Part shown: positions 36,912 to 46,363 of the stretch, piece after piece
Layout: every line of letters starts with the position of its first letter
Position numbering within the stretch: the first letter of the stretch is position 1
From: a virus
Lineage: Duplodnaviria; Caudoviricetes
IMG/VR virus record: IMGVR_UViG_3300037608_000261
Span: 17,920-81,919 of that record
Strand: one strand, 5' to 3'
Length of the DNA stretch: 64,000 nt
The notes under the pieces: model-generated
Database searches by the model: none
Seen by the model: the letters and a program-made list of their open reading frames with translations, nothing else
Told to the model about the DNA's origin: nothing
Translations under genes and position numbers: made by a program

Positions 36912-37650
36912 TGGTGCCCCCTGGCAGATAGTCGTTATTTATATAGCTTTGCAGAATGCCTTGGATTTCAACATTGTCCGGAGCATCCACGCCTGCACCG
37001 AAAATAACATCCGTAGCGACTTGCACTCCCGTGGAGACAGCATAAACCCGGCCTCCATCCTGACCGGGAGGAATACTCTCATCGGTACAAAGTAACGATT
37101 TATGATCACCTATATGTGCCGGAATATCAAACACGTCCTCCACTCCAACCCGGTACCGGCACGTGAATGTTTCATTTCTTACCATGTAGGCGTACCAAGC
37201 CAGTTGTATCTTATCAAGTGTCGGCTTGTCCCAGGCCAGGAAGAATAGCCTGTAGTCCAGGACAAGAGGAAGGACCATGAATTTATATGCGTTCGCAAGG
37301 CCATCTTCGCTTTCCGAGAACATAAAGCGTCCACGTCTCGTCATTTCTTTGTCGATGCCATTTGTGAGACCGGGTTTGCGGAAATAGTAGATCAGAGGAA
37401 GTTCAACAAGATTCAACTTCGCACCTGCAACGGTCTTTTCGGCTGTTTTTGCAGACCGGTACGCCTTCAGGAATTCTGCCGGGCTCTCGGCGTCGTGGCG
37501 ATAAATCTGCCTGTTTGTAGGTCTGCCCAGGAACTCCCTGAATCCCTTGGGACCAGCCTGGTCATTCAAGCCATTGAGAGCCGCAGCGATGAAGGCCCCA
37601 AGACCAAAATCAACGGCCTGTAGTTCAGAAAATTCGTTTTCGTTGCTCAT
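36904..37650 (-). CDS. Tail terminator-like protein (P1 gp24 position); start MSNENE at 37650
   Basis: ATGA overlap with the upstream stop; LPLIYYFR motif; P1 order 5-6-24-7-25-26. Confidence 0.6.
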   Translation of the reverse strand: MSNENEFSELQAVDFGLGAFIAAALNGLNDQAGPKGFREFLGRPTNRQIYRHDAESPAEFLKAYRSAKTAEKTVAGAKLNLVELPLIYYFRKPGLTNGIDKEMTRRGRFMFSESEDGLANAYKFMVLPLVLDYRLFFLAWDKPTLDKIQLAWYAYMVRNETFTCRYRVGVEDVFDIPAHIGDHKSLLCTDESIPPGQDGGRVYAVSTGVQVATDVIFGAGVDAPDNVEIQGILQSYINNDYLPGGTNV

Positions 37651-38471
37651 TGAAAGACCTCCATAGTGGTAAACCTTGTTTCCTCGGACCAATCCGACCA
37701 CACTGCTTCTTCGCCTTCCTCATCACCCACAGCGCCGCGATACCGGACACGCCAGAAATAGACATTAGCAGCTTCCAGATTTTCTGCCGGAACAATATGG
37801 CTTCTCAGATCTGCACACGCCCCGCTATCGTAGGCTGGGTCGTCGTCATAGGTCCCGTCCTCTGTCCGAATCTGCCATTGGCTCTTTCCGTGGGTGTCGT
37901 CTTCGTTGGAGTGTAAGACAAACTCGCTTGCTGTCAAGGTGGGCGTTTCACCAATGTCCTCGGCCTCATCCTCGGGGGATTCATTCAAGGGCGGCTCAAT
38001 AAATTCATAATCGAACACCTGGAATGGCACACAGTAATGCTTCTCACAAACGCCAGGGGCCTCTCCTATGATCTCGCTGCGCATGATATATAACGACACC
38101 ACCCGGACGTCGGTATCGTTGATAAATTCCCGGTACGAAGCCACAGTCTGTTTCGGGATGTCAGGATCTCCGATAAGGAGAACTACGGGCTGGTCCATAT
38201 TCCCGTCAGGTTCGCCGCCTGTATCCACGGCCCCGAAGGGAAATTCATCGGGGATCAAAACGGCCTTGGCCATGACAGGATCGAGGTATTCGATTGCCCT
38301 CTCTTCACTTTCCAAGGCACCGACCACATCCTGATTAACAGCCACCGTTTCGAGGGAATCCGGATCCGGCTTGAAAAGCAGAACATCAAAGGCATCCGGG
38401 TGATTTCTGACAAAGACCATGAAGTCCTCTGACATCGCTTTATTGAAGCCCCTGTAGTCACGTGGTTTCAT
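37647..38471 (-). CDS. Neck/tail protein (P1 gp7 position) with C-terminal FN3/Ig-like domain
   Basis: 274 aa; C-terminal YFWRVRYRG...WSDWSEETRFTT. Confidence 0.65.
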   Translation of the reverse strand: MKPRDYRGFNKAMSEDFMVFVRNHPDAFDVLLFKPDPDSLETVAVNQDVVGALESEERAIEYLDPVMAKAVLIPDEFPFGAVDTGGEPDGNMDQPVVLLIGDPDIPKQTVASYREFINDTDVRVVSLYIMRSEIIGEAPGVCEKHYCVPFQVFDYEFIEPPLNESPEDEAEDIGETPTLTASEFVLHSNEDDTHGKSQWQIRTEDGTYDDDPAYDSGACADLRSHIVPAENLEAANVYFWRVRYRGAVGDEEGEEAVWSDWSEETRFTTMEVFQ

Positions 38472-39676
38472 AGGATGCTCGCCTCCTTTCCCAATTTCTC
38501 GACCTCTTTCACAGTCATTTTGTTTGCATCTGCAAATGACTTTATAGCCTCGTCTTTCGGCTTTTTGCCAATCTGAACTGCTCGCAGGATATGGGCATCA
38601 AGCTTGCCAATAAGGATGTCTCTGTCTTTGGCCGCTGATTCTTTTTCGAGTTGTTTGTTTTTCTTAATTTCATGCTTCAGTAGTGTTTCTGATACCGTTC
38701 CCTTGCCAAGCATAGCATCCATCTTTTTCTCCGTTTTTTTCGTTCTTCCGGTGAGAAGACTTAATATCTTTTGTCCTATCCCCTGCTGCGCCTTCTTCAT
38801 GTCCTTGAAAGCCTTCACAATATCAACGTTCCCGCTGAGTTCTGATGCCTGTAAATCTTTCCCTTCCATGAACGTCTCTGTGGGTCGCTCTCCATGCAGC
38901 AGGCGACTGAACCAGCCCTTTTTCTGGGCTTGCGCCTTCATCTCCAGGGCGATCCGGCTTTGCACAAAGGGTGTCTGCATGACGGCTAACGTTTTTATGA
39001 CATGTTTGCAGCAACATCCTTGCAACTTCGGGTTCCGTATCTTTGGGAAAGCAAATTCTTTAGGGTCAAGGGCAAAGCCACCGATAGTAGCCAAATAACG
39101 ATACCAATACTGATGTCTACCACAGTCACAGTCGAAGGATACCCGGCCACGGGCTGCGCTTGCCGCTGCAGGTAAATAAGTATCGCCCCTTCCCGCTCTG
39201 ACCTCATGTTCCCAGTCTTCTATCCGAATTTTTACTTGATGATAACCATTATCATTTTGGCTTGTTGCCCGGAATAGCATAATGGACCCGTCAAACTTGT
39301 AAAGGGTTGAATTTGTGATCTTCTTTGCCCTTTCAATGTCAATCTTTCGAGAAGACCGGATCAAATCCGCCACAGAAACACCCCTTGTCGATTCCCCGAA
39401 TTTGCCCTCGGCCTTCTCCATGGCCTTTGCCATTTTGTTAAGATCGGCCAACGTGTATGAAACTTTACCACCTTGAGAGCCAAGATCGAGAACAAGCTTT
39501 TGTTTTCCACTTTGGGTAACCTCACGTCGTCTCCGCAAAAGATCGGGAGTAAGAAAAGCATCTCGCCTGTCGGCTTGACGCTCGGTGCTTTTCTTTGCCC
39601 AAACCCGTTTGAACATCTTCTCAAACTGCTTTAACTCATCCTTCTTTTTATCGCCGAAAAGTCCGAAAAAAGCCAT
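38468..39676 (-). CDS. P1 gp25-like tail protein with SWIM-like Zn finger
   Basis: 402 aa; FDCDCGRHQYWYRY...GCCCKH. Confidence 0.7.
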   Translation of the reverse strand: MAFFGLFGDKKKDELKQFEKMFKRVWAKKSTERQADRRDAFLTPDLLRRRREVTQSGKQKLVLDLGSQGGKVSYTLADLNKMAKAMEKAEGKFGESTRGVSVADLIRSSRKIDIERAKKITNSTLYKFDGSIMLFRATSQNDNGYHQVKIRIEDWEHEVRAGRGDTYLPAAASAARGRVSFDCDCGRHQYWYRYLATIGGFALDPKEFAFPKIRNPKLQGCCCKHVIKTLAVMQTPFVQSRIALEMKAQAQKKGWFSRLLHGERPTETFMEGKDLQASELSGNVDIVKAFKDMKKAQQGIGQKILSLLTGRTKKTEKKMDAMLGKGTVSETLLKHEIKKNKQLEKESAAKDRDILIGKLDAHILRAVQIGKKPKDEAIKSFADANKMTVKEVEKLGKEASIL

Positions 39677-39729
39677 TATAATTTATCCCTGCTTTGACTT
39701 ATTGTAACATATTTGTTAATATCTCTATT

Positions 39730-40014
39730 ATGCAGTGGGAGATTGAGTATTACAGTGAGAAGGTAAGAACAACCATTGATGCCTGGCCGGTTGGAATAAG
39801 GGCTTTTTATGCGAGAACGGTGGACAGAATCATGATATACGGCCCTGAGTTGCCGTTTCCTTTTACCAGAAGCATAGGAAATAAACTTTTTGAAATCAGA
39901 GCTATTGGCAAACAAGGCATAGGTCGCGCCTTTTATTGTACCGACAAGACGCCGCTTCGAGAACTTGAAACGGCAAGAAAAAGATTGCAAGAGGTGCAAT
40001 ATGAAAACACATGA
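39730..40014 (+). CDS. higB: RelE/HigB (Gp49-like) toxin, apparently internally deleted
   Basis: MQWEIEYYS...LFEIRAIGKQGIGRAFYC|TDKTPLRELETARKR; the usual IVxLHxFxKK segment is absent. Confidence 0.7.
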   Translation: MQWEIEYYSEKVRTTIDAWPVGIRAFYARTVDRIMIYGPELPFPFTRSIGNKLFEIRAIGKQGIGRAFYCTDKTPLRELETARKRLQEVQYENT

Positions 40015-40291
40015 TGAAATGGTGTCCGATTGGATGAAAGACCCTGAGTTTAAAGTCGCATACGACGCCCTTGAGGATGATTTTACCCTCTTTGATGAAT
40101 GCCTCAAAGCCCGAAAACGGATAGGTCTTACCCAGGAACAGATAGCGGATCGTATGGGTACAAAGGCATCTGCTGTAGCAAGGATAGAAGCAGGCGGAGG
40201 CAGTAAAAAACATTCTCCGTCAATTGCCACACTTCGCCGGTACGCCGATGCTGTTGGATGTAAGCTCAAGATTGAGTTGGTAGAAAAGTAA
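40001..40291 (+). CDS. higA: HigA-like XRE HTH antitoxin
   Basis: MKTHDEM...ARKRIGLTQEQIADRMGTKASAVARIE...PSIATLRRYA; overlaps the toxin 3' end. Confidence 0.85.
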   Translation: MKTHDEMVSDWMKDPEFKVAYDALEDDFTLFDECLKARKRIGLTQEQIADRMGTKASAVARIEAGGGSKKHSPSIATLRRYADAVGCKLKIELVEK

Positions 40292-40304
40292 GAACCGTTA
40301 TGTA

Positions 40305-40613
40305 TCATTCTCCGGTATCTCCAGCGTAAAACTTGATCCGCTCACGTATCCAGACAGTCGGGGGTAATCTGATTAATGTTCCTGCCTCCAGAACCTCTCG
40401 CATATCATCCAGGCCCGCAGCAATTAGAACAACCCACTTCAAGAGATCGGTGCCGTAGAAACGGTAGGCAACCAGTTCCGGCATATATACCTCATCGGGC
40501 TGTATTTCGTATTGTGGCCAGTCGTCGTTCCCTTTTTTGATCTCGCGGTACAGGTCGGACCGTAAGAGGTCGTCAGCGATGTTATATGGCGAAAGCCGCG
40601 ATATTGTTGTCAT
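40305..40613 (-). CDS. Baseplate wedge protein (T4 gp53 / P1 gp26-like, LysM-like)
   Basis: 102 aa; YEIQPDEVYMPELVAYRFYGTDLLKWVVL...GTLIRLP. Confidence 0.8.
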   Translation of the reverse strand: MTTISRLSPYNIADDLLRSDLYREIKKGNDDWPQYEIQPDEVYMPELVAYRFYGTDLLKWVVLIAAGLDDMREVLEAGTLIRLPPTVWIRERIKFYAGDTGE

Positions 40614-40834
40614 AACAGGGCACCTTCTTGTAAGGTTTCCTGGCTCTTGCTGTCTCCTGTAATGAGAACCATTTCCCCATTAAGTATTATTTGATCACCT
40701 ATTTTCAATGGCGTTGATGCTTCCCAGTTCATATTTTTCATTTCTCCTTTGTCTCCTGGAATCTTGGTAATCCCGTTACTTGCCCTCACTCGTTGGCCGT
40801 TCTTTTTCTCTCTTTTGAACCGCTCAATGGTCAT
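40610..40834 (-). CDS. Small hypothetical protein; start MTIERF at 40834
   Basis: ATGA overlaps with neighbours at both ends. Confidence 0.55.
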   Translation of the reverse strand: MTIERFKREKKNGQRVRASNGITKIPGDKGEMKNMNWEASTPLKIGDQIILNGEMVLITGDSKSQETLQEGALL

Positions 40835-41493
40835 CTTCTTTCTTCCATCTCCTTTGCCAACTCTTCCCTTGCCTCTTCCAATGCTTTCCCTTTGCCTAAA
40901 TCCATGGCGGCGAATATCTTTGCCCATCGCCTTACCGGATTGTTGTCTTCAGGATCTGGAATGGGCTCCCCAAACATGGCAGCAATAAAGCGGTCGCTCA
41001 AAGGTTCAGTCATAGCGGCAACAACACAGAGAAGGATGGCTCGGTGCCCACCGGTAAATGACGACCAATCAATTGAGTAGTACGGTTTCCCTTTCTCATC
41101 CTGCTTCTTTTCAACCTTCTGACCCTCGCCGCCCGCCCGAATCAGAAACCGCTTTGCATCGTCGTCGGCTATCAGGTTTCCCATATCCTGCAAGGCAAAA
41201 TACCAGTCAAGTGCATTATACAGGTTGCTGCGTTCCTCGATATCTTCAAGGAGATATTGCGTTGCATACTGCGCAATTAAGTCGGTCTTTTCCTCAACGA
41301 TCACGACATAGCCCTTAGCTTTTTTGTCAATTATTTCATCTACAATGGGCTTACGCCAGAAGGCAAACATCCCGGCAATAGGATCAACTCGACTGATAAC
41401 AAGTTGTTCTCCATTGAACACAGCATACGCCTTACTCCGTTGAGTCCCCATTAAGGAGATGGTCATTATTTTCAGGATTTCGCCGGTATTCAT
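40831..41493 (-). CDS. Morphogenesis-region hypothetical protein
   Basis: 220 aa; translationally coupled to pacB. Confidence 0.75.
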   Translation of the reverse strand: MNTGEILKIMTISLMGTQRSKAYAVFNGEQLVISRVDPIAGMFAFWRKPIVDEIIDKKAKGYVVIVEEKTDLIAQYATQYLLEDIEERSNLYNALDWYFALQDMGNLIADDDAKRFLIRAGGEGQKVEKKQDEKGKPYYSIDWSSFTGGHRAILLCVVAAMTEPLSDRFIAAMFGEPIPDPEDNNPVRRWAKIFAAMDLGKGKALEEAREELAKEMEERR

Positions 41494-42983
41494 GATGCTT
41501 CTCCCTCAGCTATGATCTTTCTGGCCATGGCAAGGAGTTCATTTTCCTCGCCACTTGTTATCTCAATGTCTTCCCCTGCCGGTGTGTAGTCAACCAGGAA
41601 GAAAAAGCAATGAGTATCAAACCGGTCAGGCGATTTGATACCGTTGGACTTCATCTGCTCTTTAGGCATCATCTGATACCGTCCGGCCTCTTCAATCTTG
41701 TAGGGGAGAAGCGACCCTTGTTCGACGGTCTTTTTGTGGCCATCAATTCTCATCCGGCCTTCAAAGATCGCTTCCCTGACCTTCACGTGAGAATAGGCCC
41801 TCAAGTTCTTGTATCGTCTTCTGTCCCCCTCCGTATGTGGAGGAAGGCCCCAGTGGATACGTTCCACAACGTACCCCAGGTCTTCAAGCTCAAGGATTGT
41901 TGCACGTCCGGCGCCATCTGCATCAATGGCTATGGTGATATTTGGAAGACCCATGACCCTCTCGTGTATCTTGTGAGCAAATTGCTTTTCATTCAAATCA
42001 TTGTATTCCATGCAATCAACGACCTGAACCCGGCGATCCGGCCCATACCCGGATACTTTCCCAAGGGTCCATACTGACGAGTCCCGGTGAACGCCTTCCC
42101 CGACGTCGCCGGTAATTACCCACCCCCAAGGAACCAGATGAACGATGACGAGAAGTTTCGATTCTTCAAGCCAGCTCCGGGGGATCAGGAAACCGGAAAG
42201 GTTATCCGGGAAACGCCCGAGCACCTTGATTTGATATTCCGGGCTATGGTGCCCACCGTATTCGATCAGTTTTTCCCGTATGAACTCCCTGGAAACGAGG
42301 GGGCTTTCTTCCGAGTTGAACGTCAGGCATGTGTAAATGTCTCTCAGTGACTTGAAGGCATCCGCAAAGTGGCCTACCGTCCGTGTCGGCTGTGATATCA
42401 TTACATAGCGGTTTTCCTTATTCGTAAGGCCTCCGCGAAGAACACCATGAATTTCATCCTCCACACCACTCGCCTCATCGACCAGCACGGTATACCATTG
42501 GCGATGTTGGCCGGCCACGCCTTCCGGTTTATGTTTTGGGGCCGTCTTGGGGATAACATACCAGCTATCTTTATGCCCACGTGCGTAGTACCGCTGAGTC
42601 TCTTTGATGAAATATTCATTCAGCCACGGGTAACGCTCTGCTACTTGGGCAGTTACTGTGTCCAGTTCCTTCCATACAACTGTTCGGAGCTGGGAAACGT
42701 TCGTGGAGGTCAGCATTGTGTTGCTCCACGGGTATACCTTCAAAAGCCAGTCGCACGTTACTGCATAGCATCTACTTTTACCGGTTCCATGGCCGCTCCC
42801 GGCAGCGGTACGGCTACCCGGCTTTTCTATCGCCTCAAACAAGTCACGTTGCTGCCAAGTTGGGTCCATGCCCGTGACTTCGATTGCATACCGATTAAGT
42901 TGATGCCTGTACCGCATACAAAAGTCCTTGTAGCGGTTCAAGATCGTACTTGGGGCAGATAATATGCTATGATTCTTGGCCAC
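41490..42983 (-). CDS. pacB: Terminase large subunit (P1 PacB-like)
   Basis: 497 aa; Walker A GSGHGTGKS, Walker B VLVDEASG, SQPTR, NSEESPLV, SPDRFDT. Confidence 0.95.
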   Translation of the reverse strand: MAKNHSILSAPSTILNRYKDFCMRYRHQLNRYAIEVTGMDPTWQQRDLFEAIEKPGSRTAAGSGHGTGKSRCYAVTCDWLLKVYPWSNTMLTSTNVSQLRTVVWKELDTVTAQVAERYPWLNEYFIKETQRYYARGHKDSWYVIPKTAPKHKPEGVAGQHRQWYTVLVDEASGVEDEIHGVLRGGLTNKENRYVMISQPTRTVGHFADAFKSLRDIYTCLTFNSEESPLVSREFIREKLIEYGGHHSPEYQIKVLGRFPDNLSGFLIPRSWLEESKLLVIVHLVPWGWVITGDVGEGVHRDSSVWTLGKVSGYGPDRRVQVVDCMEYNDLNEKQFAHKIHERVMGLPNITIAIDADGAGRATILELEDLGYVVERIHWGLPPHTEGDRRRYKNLRAYSHVKVREAIFEGRMRIDGHKKTVEQGSLLPYKIEEAGRYQMMPKEQMKSNGIKSPDRFDTHCFFFLVDYTPAGEDIEITSGEENELLAMARKIIAEGEAS

Positions 42984-43905
42984 GGTCCCCTTTTGTCATC
43001 TCAGCGTCGGGGCCGAAAGATTCGATATCCTTCAACTCGTCTTTAATCCCCTGGACTTCATCACGACGTTTCGGCACCCATTCCTGTTCCTGTTTATCAA
43101 TTTCTGCCATTTTGCGCCTATACCCAGCCTCAAGCTCAGCGTCATCCATAGCTGGCGGGAGTTCTGGAGGAGGAACGTCGGGTGGTGTTTTTTCGAGTTC
43201 AATCTTCATGACTTCGGGGATCTGTTCGCCGATCATGTAGAGTTTGTATGCAGCCTCCTTGGCGGTTATATTCTCGGCGAGCAATTCTTTTATGATTGCA
43301 ACGGCCTCACGGCTCGGCACGGGTTTGTCTCCATATCCTCTTTTCCTGCCTTTTGTTTTCAGTCCGAAGATTGTTGACACCTCCGCTCCAGCAATAATAT
43401 TTCGATGGAGGGCCTCTTCCCATGCGTCAATCTTGGCCTCATTAACCTCGTCATATCTCGCCATGAAAGCATTGTCCGTATCTCGCCAGTGGTAAAATGT
43501 TTGCCGTGATATACCAGCCTCTTTACATGCTTTGTAGATGCAGAAACGATTGTTCGTGAGGGCTTCAAGAAACCTATCCTGGCACGCTCGCGTGAGTTCT
43601 TTCCTGCGGCTTCCGATCCGGGGAGGGTTTTTACTTCCTCTTGTTGTTTTAACTTCCGCTTTCTTTGAAATATTTTTCTTCAACACTTTTGCAGCAACTG
43701 TTACCTTCTTCTTTGAAGGCGCCTTCGATTTTTTTGTGGCCACCACTTTCGCTTTTTTCACTTCCGGGCCATTCTTCTTTACCGTAGTGACCTTCGGTGC
43801 GGCTTTAGACTTTAAGGCTGTGCTCTTCCCAGACCCGGATAATCCCTTTTTGTCCGCTCTTTGTACAATTGCAGATGTTCCTGTTTTTACTACTTTATTT
43901 CCCAT
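42967..43905 (-). CDS. pacA: Terminase small subunit (PacA-like C-terminus, HTH, Lys-rich N-terminus)
   Basis: 312 aa; IYKACKEAGISRQTFYHW HTH; EAAYKL...IPEVMK...WVPKRRDEV; overlaps pacB. Confidence 0.8.
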   Translation of the reverse strand: MGNKVVKTGTSAIVQRADKKGLSGSGKSTALKSKAAPKVTTVKKNGPEVKKAKVVATKKSKAPSKKKVTVAAKVLKKNISKKAEVKTTRGSKNPPRIGSRRKELTRACQDRFLEALTNNRFCIYKACKEAGISRQTFYHWRDTDNAFMARYDEVNEAKIDAWEEALHRNIIAGAEVSTIFGLKTKGRKRGYGDKPVPSREAVAIIKELLAENITAKEAAYKLYMIGEQIPEVMKIELEKTPPDVPPPELPPAMDDAELEAGYRRKMAEIDKQEQEWVPKRRDEVQGIKDELKDIESFGPDAEMTKGDRGQES

Positions 43906-44354
43906 GTACGTCTCCCTTTCAGGATATTTGGCACCTTTGCCCCTCGCTCCGCCCAGCCAAGATTAACAGCCAATAACTCATTAAAATCCTTCGTTGTATG
44001 ATCATTGAGCCTACCAAATGGCTTCCCAATATGCCTAAGTTCGTGGTACATGAGTAGGGCCCGTTGCTCTAAGGTCATGTAATCACACATAGATTCATAA
44101 AAAACAATTGCATAAAGCTTATTTGTGAACAAACTGATTGGATGATCTCCAAACCTATAGCACCGCGCAAGCGCCTTGGGGCGAGACTTCATTTCCTGCA
44201 AGAAAAGAATCTCTTCAAGGTTAATAAAATCAAAGACTTCATATCGGCGTATAATATTATTTGCCAATTTCTTAAGATCAGCCGATTCTTTATATTCGAG
44301 AAACATATTTTGCTTTTTCTCCAAGCTATTCCGGCCTGTCCGGTTTTTCCTCAC
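43890..44354 (-). CDS. Putative phage metallopeptidase; likely start MFLEYK at 44306
   Basis: RALLMYHELRHIG (HEXXH) followed by HTTKDF. Confidence 0.75.
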   Translation of the reverse strand: MRKNRTGRNSLEKKQNMFLEYKESADLKKLANNIIRRYEVFDFINLEEILFLQEMKSRPKALARCYRFGDHPISLFTNKLYAIVFYESMCDYMTLEQRALLMYHELRHIGKPFGRLNDHTTKDFNELLAVNLGWAERGAKVPNILKGRRTWEIK

Positions 44355-44757
44355 TTGCCTTTATCGTTGACTCCATACCTTTATTTGTCCCCTTTATCTC
44401 ATCGATGCGGACATTCACTTCGTGCTCAATGGCGGCCAAGAGCACCTTCCTTGCTCCTTCTCTAATAATATCAATATCTTCTACCCGTAAGATGCTCTTA
44501 TGTCCTTCCCCTTTATTTTCTGTTTTGACCGGAACACCACTCTTTGTAGGCACATTCATCCTTTCATCCCTCCAGGCTTGATATTTCTCCTTACTCATTT
44601 CGAGCCTGCCGCTTATTTTTTGAACAGGAAGGTTCTCGTTTTTGATCCTGCTGACAACCGCCTGCCAATCCGATAGTTGCAGAAAATGCAGAATCCCCTT
44701 GCGGCCAATGATTAAGTCATCATCGCGGTCAGCAATAGGATCATCCTTCATCTTCAT
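44326..44757 (-). CDS. Putative DNA-binding protein; start MKMKDD at 44757
   Basis: IIGRKGILHFLQLSDWQAV...LPVQKISGR resembles a winged HTH; ATGA overlap. Confidence 0.55.
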   Translation of the reverse strand: MKMKDDPIADRDDDLIIGRKGILHFLQLSDWQAVVSRIKNENLPVQKISGRLEMSKEKYQAWRDERMNVPTKSGVPVKTENKGEGHKSILRVEDIDIIREGARKVLLAAIEHEVNVRIDEIKGTNKGMESTIKASEEKPDRPE

Positions 44758-45275
44758 GCCTCCATTGTATCTGCACATGTGACAGCAACCGCCAGCGCTG
44801 CCCACCCATGCCCGGATATACCAAACAGCCTGCCACCCTTGATAACATCCTTGTTTCCTTTTTTATTGTACTTGACATATTGCAGGTCTTCCAACTTATC
44901 AATAAGTGCTTGCCGAATATATGTATCGTTCGTCGTGGTGTTGCCGCAAAGATGATTTTTAATATCCTTTCGCGGTATGAGTTTGACAATAGGAATCCCG
45001 GCTTCCCTTGCCGATATATCGAACCTTCCTATCCATTCACATGTTTCATAAGTATCATTCCCGGCAACCTGTCCGTATCCCCTGATTCTTTCTATTGCCA
45101 GTGCTGTGAGTCTGTGGCCCTTAACCAGATAATGCCTCAATGCTTCATTTTCCATCGTACCAGCCTCGGCCCTTGCTCCATCCCAAATAACATAACCGCT
45201 TTCTTTTGGCCCCGGATCAATACCCAATATCCTCATACCCTCAGATCCTTTCATCGTCCTTTTTCCTCCTGTCAT
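44754..45275 (-). CDS. RuvC-like Holliday junction resolvase
   Basis: ILGIDPG, LAIERI, HGWAALAVA; lies downstream of the initiator. Confidence 0.8.
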   Translation of the reverse strand: MTGGKRTMKGSEGMRILGIDPGPKESGYVIWDGARAEAGTMENEALRHYLVKGHRLTALAIERIRGYGQVAGNDTYETCEWIGRFDISAREAGIPIVKLIPRKDIKNHLCGNTTTNDTYIRQALIDKLEDLQYVKYNKKGNKDVIKGGRLFGISGHGWAALAVAVTCADTMEA

Positions 45276-46330
45276 CGTTTATATGTCACCCCCATTTGTG
45301 AAGCTAAATTATCTACAAGGTCATTCACCTGTTTAATCTTTTCAGGGTCTGGGTCCTCATGTTCAAAGACTTCAGTTTTTTTGGGAGTATCTTTTTGTGG
45401 TTGTGCAGGTTTTTGTTCGGCTACTTTAATTTTTTCCGGGAAATATCCCTTACGTTCCCAGACACCGATGGTGGCATAGTCAGACTCATATTCTTTCCGC
45501 CACTTTTTAATACCCTTTGATTCAATTTTCAAATTCATGTAATCAAGCAATTCTTGAAAATGGCTGTTGTATTTGACTTTCAGTTTTTCATGCTCATCTT
45601 CAGTTAAAAGCAAGTGACCGAAAAGCTTCTTTTCGGGTAAAGTTTCTTCTTCTTTTTTCTTTTGTATAGTTTCTTTCTTTTCTTTTGTGGTCGTCTGTAG
45701 AGACGATAGAAATGTCGTCTGTAGAGACGATATTAGCGACACGAAATGACGATAGCAACCCTGCCTATCGTCTGGATTGACGATAAGGAACTCTTTGATC
45801 ATTTCGTGCAATTTATGGTGACAAGGCAGACAGACAAAAATGGTATTTTCCTTAATGTCCTTTCCACCCATAGATTTAGGTAAGATATGATGATTATTTA
45901 TATTTCCATTAAAACTGAATTCGTTAAAACAGAACCCGCAGAGAGTGTTATGCGATGACTTGTAGCGATACCCAGGCGGGGGAAACCACTTCGGCCTTGT
46001 GTCTCTGTAGACGATATTTGTCGTCTCAGGTGACGATACCTTCCATGTGTCCCAATCCTTATTGAACCCTATCGAATGCCCATCAATGACAAGGAGATTC
46101 TTGTCTATAAGGCTTTTCTTTGCTCTGCCGACGTTTCTACGGTCCAGTTGGGTGAGGTCTTCTAACTGTGATACCGAAACAAAGTCCATCTTCTTGTGCC
46201 ACCCGTATGTTTTTCTAAATATCGCCCACAGAATTCGCCATTCGTAGGGGGAAAGGTTTATTGTCGCAAACTTCTCCACTATGTCATTTGCGATATCAAT
46301 ATGCCCATCTTCAGCTTGCGGACTTGCCAT
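45272..46330 (-). CDS. Lambda O-like replication initiator with in-frame HNH domain
   Basis: 352 aa; EDGHIDIANDIVE...RKTYGWHKK...GFNKDW (O N-domain); CGFC...NHHILPKSMGGKD..NTIFVCLPCHHKLH (HNH). Confidence 0.88.
   Translation of the reverse strand: MASPQAEDGHIDIANDIVEKFATINLSPYEWRILWAIFRKTYGWHKKMDFVSVSQLEDLTQLDRRNVGRAKKSLIDKNLLVIDGHSIGFNKDWDTWKVSSPETTNIVYRDTRPKWFPPPGYRYKSSHNTLCGFCFNEFSFNGNINNHHILPKSMGGKDIKENTIFVCLPCHHKLHEMIKEFLIVNPDDRQGCYRHFVSLISSLQTTFLSSLQTTTKEKKETIQKKKEEETLPEKKLFGHLLLTEDEHEKLKVKYNSHFQELLDYMNLKIESKGIKKWRKEYESDYATIGVWERKGYFPEKIKVAEQKPAQPQKDTPKKTEVFEHEDPDPEKIKQVNDLVDNLASQMGVTYKR
45643..46038. promoter_or_regulatory. Lytic replication origin: dyad iterons plus AT-rich tract
   Basis: TCGTCT-N4-(A/T)GACGA-TA at 45691, 45715, 45768 and 46021; variants at 45737 and 45999; adjacent strand-biased T-rich tract 45643-45687. 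Confidence 0.75.
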
Positions 46331-46363
46331 TAAAGTAATTTCTCCGTTATTGCCAGCAACATA

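Noticed and set aside
43984-43995. Partial match to the capsid upstream 15-bp repeat
   Set aside because: Single partial copy inside a coding region and on the opposite strand.
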